Notes: generated from the sequence alone by a model not told the origin. A stretch of 64,000 bases of DNA from Eledone cirrhosa (GCA_964016885.1 OZ024741.1:280798001-280862000), one strand, 5' to 3'; shown: positions 26,139-40,392, counted from the first letter of the stretch. Numbers and translations are program-made.

Positions 26139-26451
26139 TTAACTCACTCGATATGCAAATTAGGCTGCTCAGCCGTTAATATGCATAAGGAAAGTATATA
26201 CTTTCAGACGTTCAATCATCTGGCAGGAAGGTATACGTTGCTGACGATAGCTAATAAGCTTGATAGCTAATAAGCTTGAAACTTTGTCAGTATTGAACAA
26301 ATGAGCAACGATGGTTGCTAGACACTACGGCTTAATACGGGATGTTTGTTTACAAACACACCGAGCATTATAATAAATGTTCGGTGAATACATACGTACA
26401 TATATATATGTGTGCATGTATGTATATATATATGTATATAAATGTATATAA

Positions 26452-26512
<61 letters not shown>

Positions 26513-26858
26513 AATATGATAATAATGGAGCTGCGGCGTTGCAAATGGGTTACATATGAAAAAGTAAGTCCTTCATCAGTGACCCTCCAACCGTCCTAGG
26601 CATTTCATCGCTTTAAGGGCCATATACCTCAGGTTGGTGCGAACAACGGCTAAAAAAAGTCGTTGGGACACGTAAATAAAGAGAACGTTAGGGTGAACAA
26701 ACAAAATGGTTTAAGCAACAGATATATATATATATGTGTGTATATATATATATGTATATAAATGTCTATATATATATATATATATTTATATGTATATGTA
26801 TATATATATAAATGTCTATATATATATATATGTATGTGCACATATATGTGTATATATA

Positions 26859-28075
26859 CAGGGTGTGGACAATATTTGTTCGCAATTTTCAACTGCTAAT
26901 TTTATGCAAATTATTTTTACTTCTGTTGTCACTCTTGTCTTCATAAAAACTGACTATATTTCCATTATTTATTTTCAGAATAATCGATTATGAATAATTT
27001 TGAACCTCCAAATTTGTGGAAGAGACAAGGAGTTCTTCTTGGAATCCGCGCCAGGAGGACAAATAAGGAAATTTCAGACTTTCTCAGCGTCAGCAGGAGA
27101 ATGGTGGAAAAGGTCAGAAAGGAATTGGAAGATTCAGGATTCGACTACGAAGCAACATCAGAGAGGAAAACACAGGATCGACGATCTGACGCCTTCAGAA
27201 CGCCCAAGTTCGTCGCTGAAGTTCAGGATGTCATCAACAATGAACCTAGCAAGTCGATGCGTGCCATTGCAAGGGAGAAAGGCATGGATGAAAAGCTCAT
27301 TAGGCTGGTGGTACATGAAGAGATTCGCTATGTTTCATACAAGATGAGGAAAGGATAATTTCTGTCAAAGGCGATGCAAGAAAAGCGACTGAAGCACACA
27401 AAGAAGCTGATCAACAAGTTGAAACACCCACTGGAGCCAGACATGCTGTGGTTTTTCTCCGACGAGAAAAACTTCTGCCAAGACCAGAAGATCAACTCCC
27501 AGAACAACAGGTGGCTCGCTGTCTCATCCAAAGACGTGCCCAGAGTCATTCAGACAAAGTTTCCAGCGACAACATTGGTCTTAGGTGTCGTCAGCAGTCA
27601 AGGTGACGTCATTCCACCTCACTTCTTCCCTGAGGGCCTCAAGCTGAACACGGATGGCTACATCTGCGTTCTGAGCGAGGTAGTAAAGCCCTGGATCGAC
27701 CAGGTAGCTGCAGGTAGGCCATACGTGTAGCAGCAAGACTCAGCGTCCTGCCATACCAGCCGAAAGACCCAAGCCTGGCTGTCAGAGAACTTCAACGACT
27801 ACACTTCACCTGACATCTGGCCGCCCAGCTCACCTGACTGCAACCCCCTCGCCTTCTTTGTGTGGGGCGCAGTGGAATGAGACACCAACAGATCTAGCTG
27901 CAATATGAAAGATGATCTGAAGGCCAGGATCACAAGTACCTTTAGGGGCCTAAGTCGGGGGACAGTGACGAAGGCCTGTAGCCAGTTCCAAGGCCGCCTT
28001 GAGGCCATCATCAAAGCCAATGGCAGGTTTATCGAGTTAGATCGAAAGAACAAGTCATGAAGACAAACTGACCCA
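26859..28075 (+). mobile_element. Tc1/mariner superfamily DD37D (maT-type) transposon, dead, right TIR not seen
   Basis: Left end TA|CAGGGTGTGGACAATATTTG. Transposase frame 26990-28060 (357 codons) has in-frame stops at 27356, 27728 and 27878. Motifs FSDEKNF, QQD-x37-A (SPDCNPLA; GCC where GAC is expected). Confidence 0.88.
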
Positions 28076-28119
28076 AGTTTGATTTTATATTATATATTAT
28101 GAGTTTATATTATAATATT

Positions 28120-28492
28120 ATGAGTTGGTAGATCTAGTTTAAAGTCATGTCACCTTCAACTATAAACCTGTGCCACAAACTGAACTCAGTGTCATAGTAC
28201 TTGTGTTTAGGGGCCAAGATTGATTCAGAGAAGGCAAAAAAAGACAGCGCCAGATTAACAAAACCATTTTTGTAGCACTCACTTTTCTTGAGTTTCTGGA
28301 CTAGCTTACACATCTCCAAACATACCAACCCCACGATTAATGAGGTTGTCGTGGCAATAGCTGGAATAATTTTACCTGCAATCAATTTACACTTGTGTTT
28401 GTCGGCAGGTGGGATATTATAGTTCTCAGCCCTCAAGTTCACATGAAGGTTATTATCATCATCCTTCTCAAATTCTATAGGGGTCAGTTTGA
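28120..28492 (-). pseudogene. UBA1: UBA1 (ubiquitin-activating E1) fragment, inverted copy
   Basis: [49 protein letters not shown] on the minus strand. Confidence 0.9.
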
Positions 28493-28981
28493 CCCAAATC
28501 TGGAATCAGGATTGATCTGACTGATGCAGAGGCTCAATCATGACAGAACGACGCCAACTATGATAAGGAACAAATCCAGATGTTAAGGGACAGTCTGCCC
28601 AGCTCTCAGTCCCTATCTAGCATCAAACTGACCCCGATAGAATTTGAGAAGGATGATGATAATAACCTTCATATGAACTTGAGGGCTGAGAACTATAATA
28701 TCCCACCTGCCGACAAACACACGTGTAAATTGATTGCAGGTAAAATTATTCCAGCTATTGCCACGACAACCTCATTAATCGTGGGGTTGGTATGTTTGGA
28801 GATGTGTAAGCTAGTCCAGAAACTCAAGAAAAGTGAGTGCTTCAAAAATGGTTTTGTTAATCTGGCGCTGTCTTTTTTTGCCTTCTCTGAACCAATCTTG
28901 GCCCCTAAACACAAGTACTATGACACTGAGTTCAGTCTGTGGCACAGGTTTATAGTTGAAGGTGACATGACTTTAAACTAG
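28493..28981 (+). pseudogene. UBA1: UBA1 fragment, intronless over ~490 bp, disabled
   Basis: [58 protein letters not shown]. Has an internal TGA and lacks the conserved DFIxAAS segment between HM and NLRA. Confidence 0.9.
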
Positions 28982-29249
28982 ATCTACCAACTCATTATAT
29001 AATATTATTATAAAATTAAATCAAATTATTTAGAACTACAAGTGAAGTAATTCTTTTCCTTTTTTTCAAATATATATATATAGATGCACTCCATCATCCT
29101 CTTTTCTAAAAAATAAATCATGCACAAAACGTCAGCACCAACAGTTTTGAAAGAGATGTCAACATGAATGGACCTGTTATTTTTATCTAAAGACATTTTT
29201 TCCAATTCCAACCAGCCCGTCCCCTCAATCTATCTTATTTCTCATTCTT

Positions 29250-29285
29250 TCTTCTAATGAAAGACTAGCATCCGAAACGTTAAGA
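29250..29285 (+). ncRNA. Minimal hammerhead-like motif (family A, core mutated)
   Basis: tctt CTaATGA aagactagcatcc GAAACGT T aaga; stem I tctt/aaga and palindromic ACGT helix III. Confidence 0.5.
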
Positions 29286-29359
29286 CCCTCTTCCTGCTAT
29301 ATCAAGCGTTAACCTTATATATACCTTCCAAAATCAATGGAAGCCTTGATTGAGGAAAC

Positions 29360-29915
29360 TCAGGATGACTTGGGATGAGGTGATAAAAGCTGACCTTGCT
29401 CAATTGCACCTCTCAAAGACGATGACACTGGACCGAGATCTCTGGCGTTATGCGGTTATACAGAAGACCATCCTCCCATGGGCACAGGCTGAAGCTGAAG
29501 CATATGTATAGTATGCACCACCCCAACGCCACTCTCCATACATCTCCCACGAGGACAGGCTGAAGCATACATCTAGTGAAACCCCCAGCCCACACTGTAA
29601 TATGTGTGGTCATGATGGCGACACAACAAAAAGCACCAGCCTACACTGTAACGTGGTCGTGATGGCAACATGACAAAAGTCACTCAGTCCACATTGTAAA
29701 ATGGTCGTCTAGATTTCATGACAAAAAGCACTCAGTCTACACTGTAAATGTGATTGGCGTTAGGAAAGGCATCCAGCTGTAGAAACCAAGCCAAAATCAG
29801 TTCTGTATGAGCAAGACATGGTCACCTGACCTGGCATTTCTTACAATAGGACAACTCGTCTCACTTATGTTAGCTTGGAAAAATGAATGTTAAACGGTGA
29901 TGATGACGATGATAT
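29360..29915 (+). mobile_element. RTE 3' end fragment with reiterated ~43-bp module
   Basis: TWDEVIKADL-like coding end, repeated cactgtaa...gtcgtgatggc modules and a gatgacgatgat tail. Confidence 0.75.
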
Positions 29916-30824
29916 TATATATGGTAAGCACCGAAGAGCAAGATATATCTTTCTGGTGGTAACTGGCTTCACTAAAACTACAAATACTCTAGGAGAAATG
30001 AATGAACATCATAACATCTATAACAATTAACTGAACTAGTGCATGGAAAAAATATTTAATATATATAGTATATTATATATACTGCCTGTATATATATATA
30101 TATATATAGCCTGAATGTATGGTTGTGACCACTAAAGAAAGAGCCCTCAATATGTAATCATAGAGGTAGATATACTATATTGCATAAAACACATGGCAAA
30201 CTTCTAAGGTACCTGGCATTTCCTGAAGTTGTTTTTACTTCATTCTTCAGAAAGTCACCGCCAGTGATACTTCAGTAAAGTTTCATTTGAAAAAAAACAT
30301 CCCTCGTGTTGCATATAAAAAAATACTTATACACACTCAAACACATACAGCAATCGTACATAAGCACGCCCACATGTATAGATGAATGCACACGCGCACG
30401 TGCATACACATGCACGTGTTCCCCCCATAAACATGGTGGGGGAGTATGTAAGCCCCTATAAAATATTCTGATAGCCTTTTTTTAATATGGGAGTGTTTCA
30501 TTATTAATTATTCATTTTCGAAAAGAGTTATGATGGTTGTCCGGTGATCCTGGATCATGTTATCTGTGATGACTGGATATTTGATGTGTAAAAACGGAAA
30601 ATATATTTTGTTCTATGTGTACAACGGGACACCTACCAGGTACCAAACATTCACCATTGGTTTTTGCCTCACTTATGTCATTGTAGAATAAATTATTACT
30701 TGTCGTTTTCACTTAGGTGATTGGCTGGCATACACCCATCCAATGTTCTATAGGAAGAAAAATCATTTTGTCACCATATGATACATTTTTCACTATTCTA
30801 CCATCTATGAGAAGAAAGTCTATT

Positions 30825-31072
30825 TTCTCATCATATCATAAAGTTTTCTCTGTTACCATGTCATAAAGTTTTCTCTGTTACCATGTCATAAAGTTTTCTC
30901 TGTTACCATGTCATAAAGTTTTCTCTGTCACCATATCATAAAGTTATCTGTCACCATATCATGAAGTTTTCTCTGTCACCATATCATAAAGTTTTCTGTC
31001 ACCATATCATAAAGTTTTCTGTCACCAAGTCATAAAGTTATCTGTCACCATCTCATGAAGTTTTCTCTGTTC
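30825..31072. repeat. Minisatellite, 23-25-bp unit (tcaccatatcataaagttttctctg), about 10 copies
   Basis: Directly visible. Confidence 0.92.
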
Positions 31073-33339
31073 TATGACCAAATATAGATACTTTATTATC
31101 ATCATGTGCTTGAAAATGTTTAGTAAGAAAAAAAAAAGAAAATCTAATAAAAAGAAACCCAGAGTATATATCAGTGCAGATTTATCAGTTATTTTTATCT
31201 AAATAAATCTACTTATCTGTTCATATAGCTGCTCACCCACCTTCTGTTCTGCAGCAATGTGTACATGCATGAAATAGAGTATATAAATTGTATAGGCCTT
31301 CTTAAAAATGTAATCTGCTGGAGGCATGTGGTGTAGATTCATCTTTAGTCTGCTTTTCTCACATACAAACATGCCATACAAAATTATTTTACTTGCTCTG
31401 CTGTTTAAAACAGCTTGCCAGTAATGTTGAAATTAAAAGGAGGAAGAGGATTTGAAAGGCCATGCAATTTGTTTTCTTCTTTGCCCACTTATTCCTGAGA
31501 GGGTCATGTGAGCAGAGTCCTCAAACACTCTTTCTAGTGGGTCCTGTCTCCAACTAATCTGGCCAGATCCCCCAATCTTGCTCTGGGTCTCCCGGCAGTT
31601 GGTTCTGCCCATAAAATCTGTCCAGTGATTCTTTCCTGAGACATTCTAACCACATGTCTGTAGTATCGGAACTGTTATCTCTCGATTTGGAGAAGTAGTG
31701 ACTCTACTTGGAGTGACCTTTGAAGGAATTACATTTCGGCTGCTTGTATTTGTGATGGTATTCTTTCGGTCATTACTGAAAAACTTATCAAAATTACTCT
31801 AACCCTTACGGTGGTGGATTGATAAAATCATTAGAGCAGTGGATGAAATGGTTCTTTATGTTGAGTTCAAATTCCCAACAAGGTTGACTTAACCATTCAG
31901 CTTTCTGAGATCCATTAAATAAAGTACCAGCCAAGTAATGGGGTTGATTTGATCGACTTCCTCTATCCACAAATTGTTGGCCTTGCATCGAAATTAGAAA
32001 TCATTGTTACTCTGACCATTCTAGGCTTAAGAGTAAGGGTCGGGATTTTATTAATTTTGATAAACAAATAACAAAACAGTTATAAAAGACCCATTCATTC
32101 CTCTCTCAAAATATATAACTTCATAAAGTTCCTGTTATCTCTGCTTCATGTAATGTGAAAGAAATAATAACAGAGATGAATCTACCCAGAGTAAAAACAA
32201 AAATGAAATGTAAAGTAATTTTGCAAGTTAGCCTGGTTATGTATTTCATTTTTTAGCTGGATAAACCCAAAATATGACAAAATGCTTGCAACAGTATGTG
32301 GACATCTTAACCCAGAGATCTATCAGTTTAACTACTTTGCTATTTTATCTTTTGGAAAATAATATGACACATTTTTGTTGTTGTTATTTTTTTTCAAATA
32401 TATCATGCCTCTACACAATTATTTTCAGTTCTTAACTATAGGAGGTAGTTGTTATGACTGCTTCCAGCAGCCATGGATTTCAAAGGGATTAATCTGTACA
32501 TGAAATAAGTCTTTGTTTGTAATATACTACAATAAAAAATAAGGTTGCCAGACATAAGCCAAGACAGTAAAATGTAGGGCTGATTCTAAATAATCTTGTT
32601 GGTGTCAATTTTACCTTTCATCATACATCTCTCAAGAGATAAAATTTGGACAGTGCTAGTAAATATGTAACCCTATAACTCTCAACATGTTGGCTGACTC
32701 ATGAGCCTCAATACTTGTTCTGTCCTAGAGTCCCAATACAGGAAGGTAGAAGTGCTGGTGCCACGACAATATGCACCCAGCCCACTCAGTAAAGTGACAG
32801 TGCGGGTGCCATGATAAAATGTATCCAACCTATTCTGTAAAGATGTAGTGCTGGTACCACAATAAAATGCACTTAACCCACTCTGTAAAGATGGTTATTC
32901 GTCAAAGGTCTTTCACCACACATTGTGACCTTCACAATGACTATTATGGCCCTGTGTCTCTTCTTCATTTTGATTTTGTCTTACTCCTTATCTTTCTTAC
33001 CGAGGATTGGATTAATTACCTGACTAATAATAAAACTGATTTGAAATGAGATGAAATTGCACAGTAATCATAACTGCAAAAGATATTGTAATTGAATCTA
33101 AACTGATGAGATTGACAATTATTTATAGCTGTATATGGGTTAAGTAGGTTGCAACCTGAGCCCTCATATTCTAGGGGAGCCCATACTATTTTAAATAAAT
33201 ATTAAAAATATAACTATGAAACATATTTTTCTCAAAATGTAGAATTTTGGATGGAATGATGCTGGAATCTTGGCATTGTTTTATGAGTAGCCTTACCTTT
33301 GTGTAATTAGAATTTTCATTAAGTTTCTTGGAAGCAAGT

Positions 33340-33505
33340 TCTCTAATCTGAAGCTCCAAGTTAACCAGGTTTTGGGGGCCCCAAATGTTTTTTAACCTTC
33401 AACTCCTACTTAAGCAGGTTCCCCAAATGTTACCTAACCTACAGCTCCAAGTTAAACAGGTGTTGGGGGCCCCAATTGTTATCTAACTTAAAGCTCCTAG
33501 TTGCT
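33340..33505. repeat. Degenerate tandem repeat (agctccaagttaa.caggt.ttgggggcccc), about 3 copies
   Basis: Directly visible. Confidence 0.65.
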
Positions 33506-35485
33506 TTAATCTGACCATGGTACCAGTGGGTTTGAGATCAAGTTACTATGGATTCTTTATGGTACCAAGCAATAGAATGAAGAGCTGTGGTAATCAGGCT
33601 TTATGTAAGTCAGCTCCAGCACCCTGGAATGAGCTTGTCTGTATCACCTGCCTGTACCAACTGCACCAGCTTTCAAATCAAATCAGAAGTTAGTTCAACA
33701 CTAACTTCTGCAGCCATTGTGTTGAGCTCCTTAACCTTTTTAATACCAACCAACCCTGTCTCTGGTTCTATGATACAAAACCATTCATTCTAACAGGTTC
33801 CTATTTAGATTAAATTTAACTCTACTAGGAGTTGTGACTGGTAGATAGTATCAGCAATGGAAAGACCAATGGAAACATGGTGTGATTTGACAAGTCCCAC
33901 CCCCTCGGTAAGCAAATGAGGTCTGGGATCAGGTTGATAGAACTCTATGATATTTAAATTATAATCCTCCAACATAACTTGATCCCTTCAAATTCTTCAT
34001 TTATTAATTCAAATATAGTATATTTCATGAGAAATAGAATAACGAAAAGGATAACAAAGCTCACTATCTCTTGTCTGTATATGTACAATATATTTTAATA
34101 ACCAGGAATCAACTGTGTTTTGCAAGCGATTCATTATCATCCGTGGAATTTAACCAACTCAACAAAAAGTTTTTTCTCAAGCTGAACCTATGATCTCCAC
34201 TCTTCTGTATGGTTGTGTCAAATGGAATGAATTTATTATAAATACCTAAATTAAGGAATGAACAGGTCAGCAGCTTGTATTGTCAAAAATCTGCAAAGGG
34301 TGCCTTAGTTTTCCTGGACACTTATCAGGACTGCCACAAATGAGACAAGCCAACCAAACTTTGTGGTGGGTCGCGGAAGGCAAAAGAAAGCAAGGAATTG
34401 GTATCACAACATAATGCAAGATCTAACAGTATTTTACCCAATTTTTTCAACTATTATCTATAGTGATTGACTATCATCAGTTATTTTCTGCATATAGGAC
34501 CCTCACATTTTCAAGCACGCACATACACACACATATATATATATAGTGAATATAGTGAAGAGGTAAAATCCCAATGCTGTGCCAAGCTATTTCAACATGC
34601 TCCCACAAGTTTTTTCAAATATATATGCTTGTTTTACAAGTTATGTGTAGAGAACAGAAGACTAAATAAGTATTGAATTAAGGACTAACATACACTATAC
34701 AGTGTCAGTATATTTGTTGCTAATGATCCACGCAAACACACACACTGATATCATCATTGTCATTTTTATGTCCATTTTTTTTTCCTGTATGCATGGGTTG
34801 GATGGATCCTTTTCAGCACAGCATCTTATTTCAAATTTTACATCGAAGTTGTAGCTTGCATTTTGGCAACACAGATTGAATTACCTGGGGCGGTCCTTGT
34901 ACACTCCATGATGCGAGAAATGAATTAAATTCCTCCATCAGAGTGGACTCATTTTGATATTTGAGGGAAATACCATTAATAATACATTGACCAAGTGTAT
35001 ATATCACCTATAGTTTATAACAACAATGAATACCGAAAGGAAAATAATTTCTTACCTGGACATATATATTGGTGGTCAGCCAAATTGACAACTGGCCCTC
35101 TTGATCACCTTCGAGTCAAACACTTTTTTCTCTGCTTTCTCTCCTTATAGCCTCTTGATTGTGTTTACCATTACTCCATTACTATATAACAATTATGCTA
35201 TATACACCTGATGTCACCAGGATAACCTGGTCACTGAAATAAATCTTTGAAGGAATTTCACCAGTCCGGCCTCCTGTCATTTTACTCAATAATATATATA
35301 TATATATATATATAATGTATATATATATAATGTATATACTCAATTCAGGTGATGAATTGAGTACCCGAATTGCACAATTATGCTCTGTGATTTTCTATGT
35401 GACTAACACATTGAGCTTTAATGCACTTGGTAATAAATGAGAGTTATAGCCACTTCTATATGAACTCCTATATTTGTATATATGC

Positions 35486-35523
<38 letters not shown>

Positions 35524-36505
35524 CATCTTATACAAAATCACTGACAAGTAGAATAATCTAAAATAATGTTTCTACTTTTGGCACAAGGCCAGCAATTATC
35601 CCAGTGCATTACTGGTGCTTTATTTTATCAACCCCGTAGGGATGAAAGGCAAAGTTAACATCAGCATATTTGAACTCAGAATGTAAAAGCCATAACTCTA
35701 TGATGTAAAACATGGTGTCTGATGCTCTACCGATACTGCTAAACCACCACAAACATCTTTCCCTCGGGATATAGTTTTAGTTAAGCAACCTTAAGTTAGA
35801 AGGCTTCATTAAGTTCCCATACTGCAGTGTCCAAAATCAAGAAACAGTACTGACCATCCCAATAGATTGAGACGGTCCATCCTGCAAGAAATAAAAACCT
35901 TTTCATCAGAGACATTCTGTAAGGTATAAGAAAAAATCTACCTGCCAGTTATTTTGTATAAGATGTTCTATATGTATTTGCTTCTCTGAATTATTTTAGC
36001 GATCTCTTTTCATTGAGATGTTATGTATATTGGTGACAAATTTACTTACCATCATCATCATTTTAATGTCTGCTCTCCCTGCTAACAAGGATTGGACAGG
36101 TCTACATAGACCAAGTCAGTACCGAAGAGGGGCCACTGACATCCCAGACAGACCAAGGAGGTCTGTATCCAGCTTACATACAGTCATTATCAAGTGCAGA
36201 GGAGAGGTTGTGTCTTTTGACAAACTGAAGGATCCTCCTTACTCCAGGTTTGGTTAGATGCCCTTCCTAACACCAACCACTTTACAGCGTGTACTGGGTA
36301 TGTTTATTGTGTACTTATGATATATATAAGACACGCTTCACCATCAACTTTGCTAAAAAAGTATATCATACACAAAACGCCAGCATCAAGTTTTCCAAGA
36401 GATGGCAACATGAATGGATGTGTTAATTTTCTCTAAAACTTTTTTTCCGATTCTGCCCTGCCTGTCCCCTCAATCTTTCTATTTCTTCTTTAATTACTCA
36501 TTCTT

Positions 36506-36541
36506 TCTTCTGATGAAGTACTAGCATCTGAAACATTAAGA
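36506..36541 (+). ncRNA. Minimal hammerhead-like motif (family A, decayed)
   Basis: tctt CTGATGA agtactagcatct GAAAC AT T aaga; shares the downstream flank (ccctcttcctgctat..caagcgttaa) with the 29250 copy. Confidence 0.5.
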
Positions 36542-37473
36542 CCCTCTTCCTGCTATTTCAAGCGTTAAACAAATATATTCCTTCCTTGTACTGTGCCGTT
36601 TGTTTTGTTATTTCTGTTTACCTTTTACATATATGTGTGTGTGTGTGTTCTGAAAAAGAAGCAAATAAAAAAGAAAACAAAAGAGACAAGCAAAACACTT
36701 TTCAATTGTAAGTGTAGCAAAATAACCTCCTTTTATTTATATAAAGGAGTTTTTTGTTGTATTTTTTTTAAGAGGAGGAGATATACAAAAAGTATACAAA
36801 TTTTAAATTTGTTTTACTACAAATTTATGATAATGTGAAGAGGAAAGTAAATATCCTCTTGGTTAACAAATTGTACAAGACTAATACTGTTTCTTTCAAT
36901 GAAAGCAACATTCCCCAAAGTTTATTAGTATTACCACCATCACCATCATTATCACTGATAAGTGGTGTTTTAGACAGGCAGGAGGGGGTGGTGAGGGTAG
37001 GTGAAGTGGAGTGTGTGTGGGGAGGGGGAGGGGGTCATAATTCAATGAAGGAAACAGATCAAATGGCACAGGTATGGCACCAATTATCTTCTTTTATGTA
37101 CGTGTCTGTGTGTGTGTGTGGTTAATGCTTACACACACACACATATATATAATAGATATATATACACACACGAAAACATACAAACATACACATTATATAT
37201 ATATACACACACACACGAAAGCACACACAAACATATATACATATACATACATTTAAACACCCACACACGTTAGCATTGGGAAAGGAGGCATCCAGTTGTA
37301 GAAACCATTTCAAAATGGAATGTGTGATCAAGACATATCCATCTAGTCTCTGACTTTGAGAACCTGTCCAACACATGCCAGCATGGACTACTGACATAAA
37401 ACAATGATCATCTTCACATATACACACACACACATGTATATATATATATACACACACACACATATATATATGC

Positions 37474-37514
<41 letters not shown>

Positions 37515-38545
37515 TATTAAGTATGGATATATAGCCAGCTTAAAAACTGTACATTGAAGGATTTTAGGGGGCAAAACAATGATTTTTAGATGAGAGAGAG
37601 GGGGGGGGGGAGTAAAAGAGAAAGAAAGCAACAGAGAGTTTAAATATAATGTAAACAAATAAATGTAAAAAATATCACATTGATAAAGTGGTGGGATATT
37701 TTTTTTTTTAATATTGAAAATTTGGACTTCTAATTTTTCAATGAAGTGGCGGCAATTTTAAATAAAAAAGAGAGGAAAAAAATCTCTTCGTAAATTACCG
37801 AATATACTTTGTTGCCATGTATTATCAAAGTACATTGCTTTTATATACATTTAGAATAGGCAGAGAAGATACAACTTATTGTTATTGATATTATTATTAT
37901 TATTACTAGTACACAACCCGTTGTCTTACAAACGGAATAAGTAATATTCAATTCCATCATGTTTCTTCAAAAACTGTAAAAAAAAGCAATGTTTATGGAA
38001 TATATATATCATTCATATATACACATATATATTTCCTTAGATATAGATAAACATCTATATATATATATATATATATATATACTTATATATATCCATACAT
38101 ATATATAAAAATACATATGCATGAATGTGTGTATAATGCATAATATACACATATATAAGTGAGTGTATATAGTAATATATAGTACATGCATATGTGTATA
38201 TATATATATAAAAAATTATATAGATATATATATATACACACAGACAGACATATCATCATATATACATATATGTCTTCATCATCATTTAACGTCCATTTTT
38301 CACACATGCATGGCTTAGACGGGTTGTCACGTTATGAGACAAGTCAGGTTAGGAGACCACCACTTGCTCATAAGTGTGTGTGTGTGTGCATACACATACA
38401 TACATATACACACAAATACAGATCTGTATGAGCAAGTTGTGGTCTCCTGATCTGACATGTCTCATAACGTGACAGCCCGTCTAAACCATGCATGTGTGGA
38501 AAATGAACACTAAATGTTGATGACAATGATGACATATGTATGTAT

Positions 38546-38586
<41 letters not shown>

Positions 38587-39451
38587 ATGTGTAGATTCCC
38601 AAGTGTTGTGTCAGGAGAGTAACCTCCCAAAAAAGAAACACATATATATATGATGATTTCATGAAGGAAACAGTTCTAGTTAGGAAGTCATTTTATATAT
38701 AAAATAATGATAAATATACTCTACTAACTCATTGAGTACTGTTTTAACTGCGGTCACCTCCCAATACCCATCAGGAATCTACCAAAATTATATATAAATA
38801 TATATATATTCAGGGGTCCTGAATCTTCTCATATATATACATACACATATATATACATACATACATACACACATATATATATATGTATATGTATATATAT
38901 ATACACACACATATTTCAGAATGATTTTCCAAAGCGCAATGGAAGAGAAGCAAATTATATAGAGTACTCATTATGTTAGTAGAGATGGTACATATTTATT
39001 TCATACAGAAATGACTTCTACACAACTAGAACTGCTTAATTCCTGGAGAAGCCATTTCTATATGAAATATATATGCATGTGTGTGTATATATATATATAT
39101 ATGTATGTATATGCAAACATAAATATGTATATATATGTACATATGTATTATAAACATATATATAACACCGTTAGCAGATACAACACTCACTTTCGGCATC
39201 AATGGAAGCAACAACAAACAAAAATAACAATTTAGTTACTGTCATCATTTCTGTGACATAGGGACAGATTAGCACTGTTAAGTCTTTCAATTTTCCATAT
39301 TCCCAGCAATAACACTAGTTGATACTTTTCAGGCATCACGACATGTAGACCAAAAAAAAAAATATTTATTTGCCTTTTTTGGTTTCATTTATTTTTGCCA
39401 AATTATGAAGAAAACTTTAAAAAAAAAATATATATATATAATATATATACA

Positions 39452-39533
39452 CAGGGTGGCCCCCAAAAATGTGTATACACACTTTTTTATCAGAATGTTG
39501 TTGCAGTGTGTATACATTTTTGGGGACACCCTA
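39452..39533. mobile_element. 82-bp Tc1/mariner-type MITE
   Basis: cagggtggcccccaaaaatgtgtatacacact / agtgtgtatacatttttggggacaccct within a (TA)n context. Confidence 0.75.
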
Positions 39534-40097
39534 TATATAACATCAGAAGCAACAAAAACTTTGAGCAAATGTGATACACCATGCAGTCACGCAACCTGCT
39601 AAAAATAGTAGCCAAATATTCATCAAATCAAATTTTAAAAAAAATAACCAAAAAAAAAAACCAGGGGTTGGCTATAGCTAAAAATTATTTCATCAAATAT
39701 TTCTGTTTGGGGAGGGGAGTGGGGTACAGAACACCAAAAACAACCAAGAGACCTTGGAAACCTGCTTTAAAGTTACATATGGTCTTATTTATTTTATGAT
39801 AGTATAGAAATCATTGATTCGCAATAGCAAGATCAATACATTTAACATTTGAAAGGTAGGCGGCATACCGCAGCTATCAGGTATTCAAGGAGAACGTGAA
39901 TTATTTTAAAGATAAAAGGTGGGGTGGGGTTATGTTGATGTACCATGTAAAAAGAAATAATAAATAAATATAATAAAGATAAAGATTTCAAACCACACCC
40001 TTCATGTGAGAAGAAATGGACCTTGTGTGTATATATATAGCAGAATCAATGTAGGCACTATGTTGTGTGTGTATATATATATATATGTAAATATAAA

Positions 40098-40134
<37 letters not shown>

Positions 40135-40392
40135 GAGTGAGACACAGTCACCCGATCAATCTTGCCACAAGTGGGACAATTCCCGTCTAACCAATGCTAG
40201 CGTGGAAGATACACGTTAAACGATGATAATATATATATATACACACACACACATATGTATGTATGTATGTGTATATATATATATATATATGTGTGTGTAT
40301 ATACCTGAGTTCTGGGTTTAATCGGGGTAACCACAGTAGGTAAGGTACTCAATACATAAGTAGACTGTAAACATCATGTTTAATATAGAAAT

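Noticed and set aside
28580-28981. Functional UBA1 gene or exon
   Set aside because: Upstream in-frame TGA, deletion of a conserved segment, abrupt truncation after GDMTL, and no other UBA1 exons in the window.
31199-31381. 60-aa minus-strand ORF in non-repetitive DNA
   Set aside because: No recognisable homology and ambiguous splice signals.
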